A program made the translations under genes and the position numbers. DNA of 32,482 bases from Tannerella sp. (lineage in GTDB: Bacteria; Bacteroidota; Bacteroidia; Bacteroidales; Tannerellaceae). Shown here in pieces: positions 30,151 to 32,482 of this stretch (position 1 is its first letter; each line of letters starts with the position of its first letter). The notes under the pieces were generated by a model. That model worked only from the letters and a program-made list of their open reading frames with translations. It ran no database searches and had not been told where the DNA came from. The stretch spans positions 1-32,482 of the forward strand of contig JAISOP010000110.1 of NCBI GenBank assembly GCA_031275525.1, written 5' to 3'.

Positions 30151-32481
30151 TTATTTCACAATTGCTTTTACTGTGTTTCCGCCAACCGTTACGATGACAA
30201 TTCCCTGGGGAACGGCAATCGTGGCATTATCAACCGTCAGAACGGTATTTGCGACCGTTTGACCCAGCGAATTGCGGATGATTACATTTTCCCCGGTTGC
30301 GTTCAGAATCGTTACCGATCCTTTCCCTGAAACCACCTTCACGTCCGTCGTTGCCACGGCTTCTTTGGCCACCGGCTACTTCGTCGTTTTTTCCACATCA
30401 AAGACTTCGGCCTGTATAATCACATCGTGGTATGCGCCGCGCGTGATGATCGGCACATAATCCTGTATCTTAATCCAGCCGCCTTCCATCGGGGCAATCA
30501 TACGCCCTTTGCCCGTGTCGCGATTCGTCGTTTCGGATTCGATATAGAATTCCTTGCTGGCTGCGGTGTTCACCGTTCCATTCGGATTATACTGTCTTTC
30601 CACAAAGCGGAACGAGAATACCTCATCCTTATGTCTATTATTAGCCAAGTTTACTATCTTTGCGACTTTCTTTCCTTCTTCGGCCTGCAACTTCTTAAAG
30701 TTCAACTTTCCATCGTATGCACCGCCTTTCTCACAAAACTGGGTAATCGGATCAGTGACCGTTCCGTCAGGAGATACAATGGTCCGCTCGGCCAGGATAT
30801 ACAGACTATCGCCTGCATGGATCGCATTGACAAAGGCCAACCGGTTCCATTTCGTTTTCCACATATACTTCTCATACTTAATCTGGCCATTCGGGGGAGT
30901 AACCCAAGCCGAATCCGCCATATTCCGCAAATAGCGGCCATACACGTACGGGACTGCAGGCGCGCCATCACCGCAGGTTGGGCAGCCGTCATATCCTATA
31001 TCCTTCTTCGGGTCTACTACCAGCAGATATTGCGGTTTGATCCGACCGGTTCCGCGGTTTACATACGCCGTATCCACATACATCGCAAAATTATGCGGAT
31101 GTACCGGATCCTGTCCTATTCTACTTTCGTCAAGTTTATTGTTGATTGCGCCGAGGTAACGGATTCCATTGCCATACTGCGTCGTCCCCGGCTCGTAGGT
31201 ATTGGAATTATACGAATACCCGCTGTGCTGATCTTCGTAAAGATAACTCCTCGATCCGTCGAGTCCATCCATCCTGGCCTGATAGAACATCACGGTATCG
31301 GGTTCATCGCCTTCAACCGATCCTTCATCCAGCGTCTCGAAGCGCCTGTACAACGGCTCCGTCAAAGTCTCAATCGCAAAGCCGGATGTACGCGGATTCG
31401 TGGATTTTACTTCACCTATTGCGTACCAGTTATAATCGTCTATACCCAATTTAACAACGCCAAAGCCCTGTACATCCTGCTTATCCGTTATTCCAGTATG
31501 GCTTTTCTCCACTGACGCCCGAAGGGTATCCGTCAACGACAAACCGGTAATCTGAGTCAGGTGATGGAAATTCGAATCTATAATACGATCCAGCAGGGCA
31601 TAATAATCCACGCCACCTTTTTCATACGTGTTCCGCAGATAGAATTTGGCATACTGCAACTGCCGACTCTTGGCCCAAGCGTCCTGCGTATATCCATAGC
31701 GTGCAGTGGCGCCGTGTTCTTCCAACACCACATAATTATCATTCCACTGATATTTGAAATAATCACTGATCTTGAATTTATAATATAGCCTCTCTAAGAT
31801 AGCTATCTGCTCATCGCTATATTTTCTATTTATGCGCCTGACAAGTGTATCCGTCCCAAAATCGTTATTCCGACCGATACCATATTGTTCCACACCATCA
31901 CCCGTCAATTCATCAGGCAACTCCAGTGCAAAGAAGGTTTTATCCGTCAGTGCATACAAAGAAGTATCCGCCTTCGATTTATTGGTAGTTTCACCTACGC
32001 CCAAATAGAGGTTGGCGTTAGGATCGTCAAAGGATGTTGTTCCGAAGTATTTGAAAGCATACCCTGTTAGATTGATCTCATCCTTCTCAATATACTTATA
32101 GCCCCAACGAGGATTTTTCCGAGCCTCTCCCGTTACCCGGATAAAATATTTGTCAGTACCTACTTCCCCTTTTAGCATTGCACCATCGTAGAATGCTGGA
32201 CGATAATCAGCGCCACCTTTATAATAAAAAGCACTATTAAATACAGGATGGAACTCTGACAACTTCGTAAATAACTGGAGATATTCGAGACGGATATTCT
32301 CAAATTCCCGGTTGATCAGATGTACGTGCGACACGTCACTATTCTCGTTGGATCTCACTACTAACCAGTGGCACGACGGCATTTTTAGCGGATTCTCATA
32401 AGGTCCCAATTGTATCCATCGGGGCGTCAAATCGCCGGCCCACAAAGGTACACACAAGGTACGACCCTGCTCATCCTTAAT
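30151..32481 (-). pseudogene. Second S-layer-like (DUF6383) paralogue, 5' part outside the window, interrupted by an in-frame TAG at 30378-30376 just before the C-terminal sorting domain
   Basis: Frame open from the window edge (IKDEQGRTLCVPLW...) to ...VEKTTK*, then continues in frame PVAKEAVATT...IRNSLGQ...VKAIVK to the stop at 30151; shares VDTAYVNRGTGRIKPQY and GGWIKIQDYVP blocks with the downstream gene. Confidence 0.7.
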
Positions 32482-32482
32482 G

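Noticed and set aside
30376-30378. Genome-wide amber recoding
   Set aside because: TAG is used as the normal stop for rpoC, nusG, secE, rpsU and the porin gene in this window.

Overview
Chromosomal window from a Bacteroidales bacterium, probably Tannerella/Tannerellaceae-like (Bacteroidetes TAnnTTTG promoters, tandem DUF6383/TfsA-TfsB-like surface-layer genes). The left ~14.8 kb (minus strand) is the conserved rpsU-xerC-hpf-tRNAThr-tRNAThr-tuf-tRNATrp-secE-nusG-rplKAJL-rpoB-rpoC cluster, with the left end of an IS3-like element right after the rpoC terminator. The middle (plus strand) holds a gamma-carbonic-anhydrase-like gene, a CapA-family gene, purine nucleoside phosphorylase and a GC-rich nitrogen-assimilation cluster (dapL, TorF-like porin, PII, amtB, asnA, type III glutamine synthetase). 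The right end (minus strand) has two paralogous large secreted S-layer-like genes. Features the gene list does not explain: (1) an array of 11-12 tandem 23-bp units between amtB and asnA, each a 7-bp-stem/7-nt-loop hairpin whose arms co-vary; (2) a 160-bp multi-hairpin element bounded by a perfect 12-bp inverted repeat with attC-like TAAC/GTTA ends between rpoB and rpoC; (3) an in-frame amber stop just before the C-terminal secretion domain of the upstream S-layer paralogue; (4) no tRNA-Tyr/Gly in the tuf tRNA cluster; (5) several substitutions in normally near-invariant motifs. All calls are from reading the sequence; no database searches were run.
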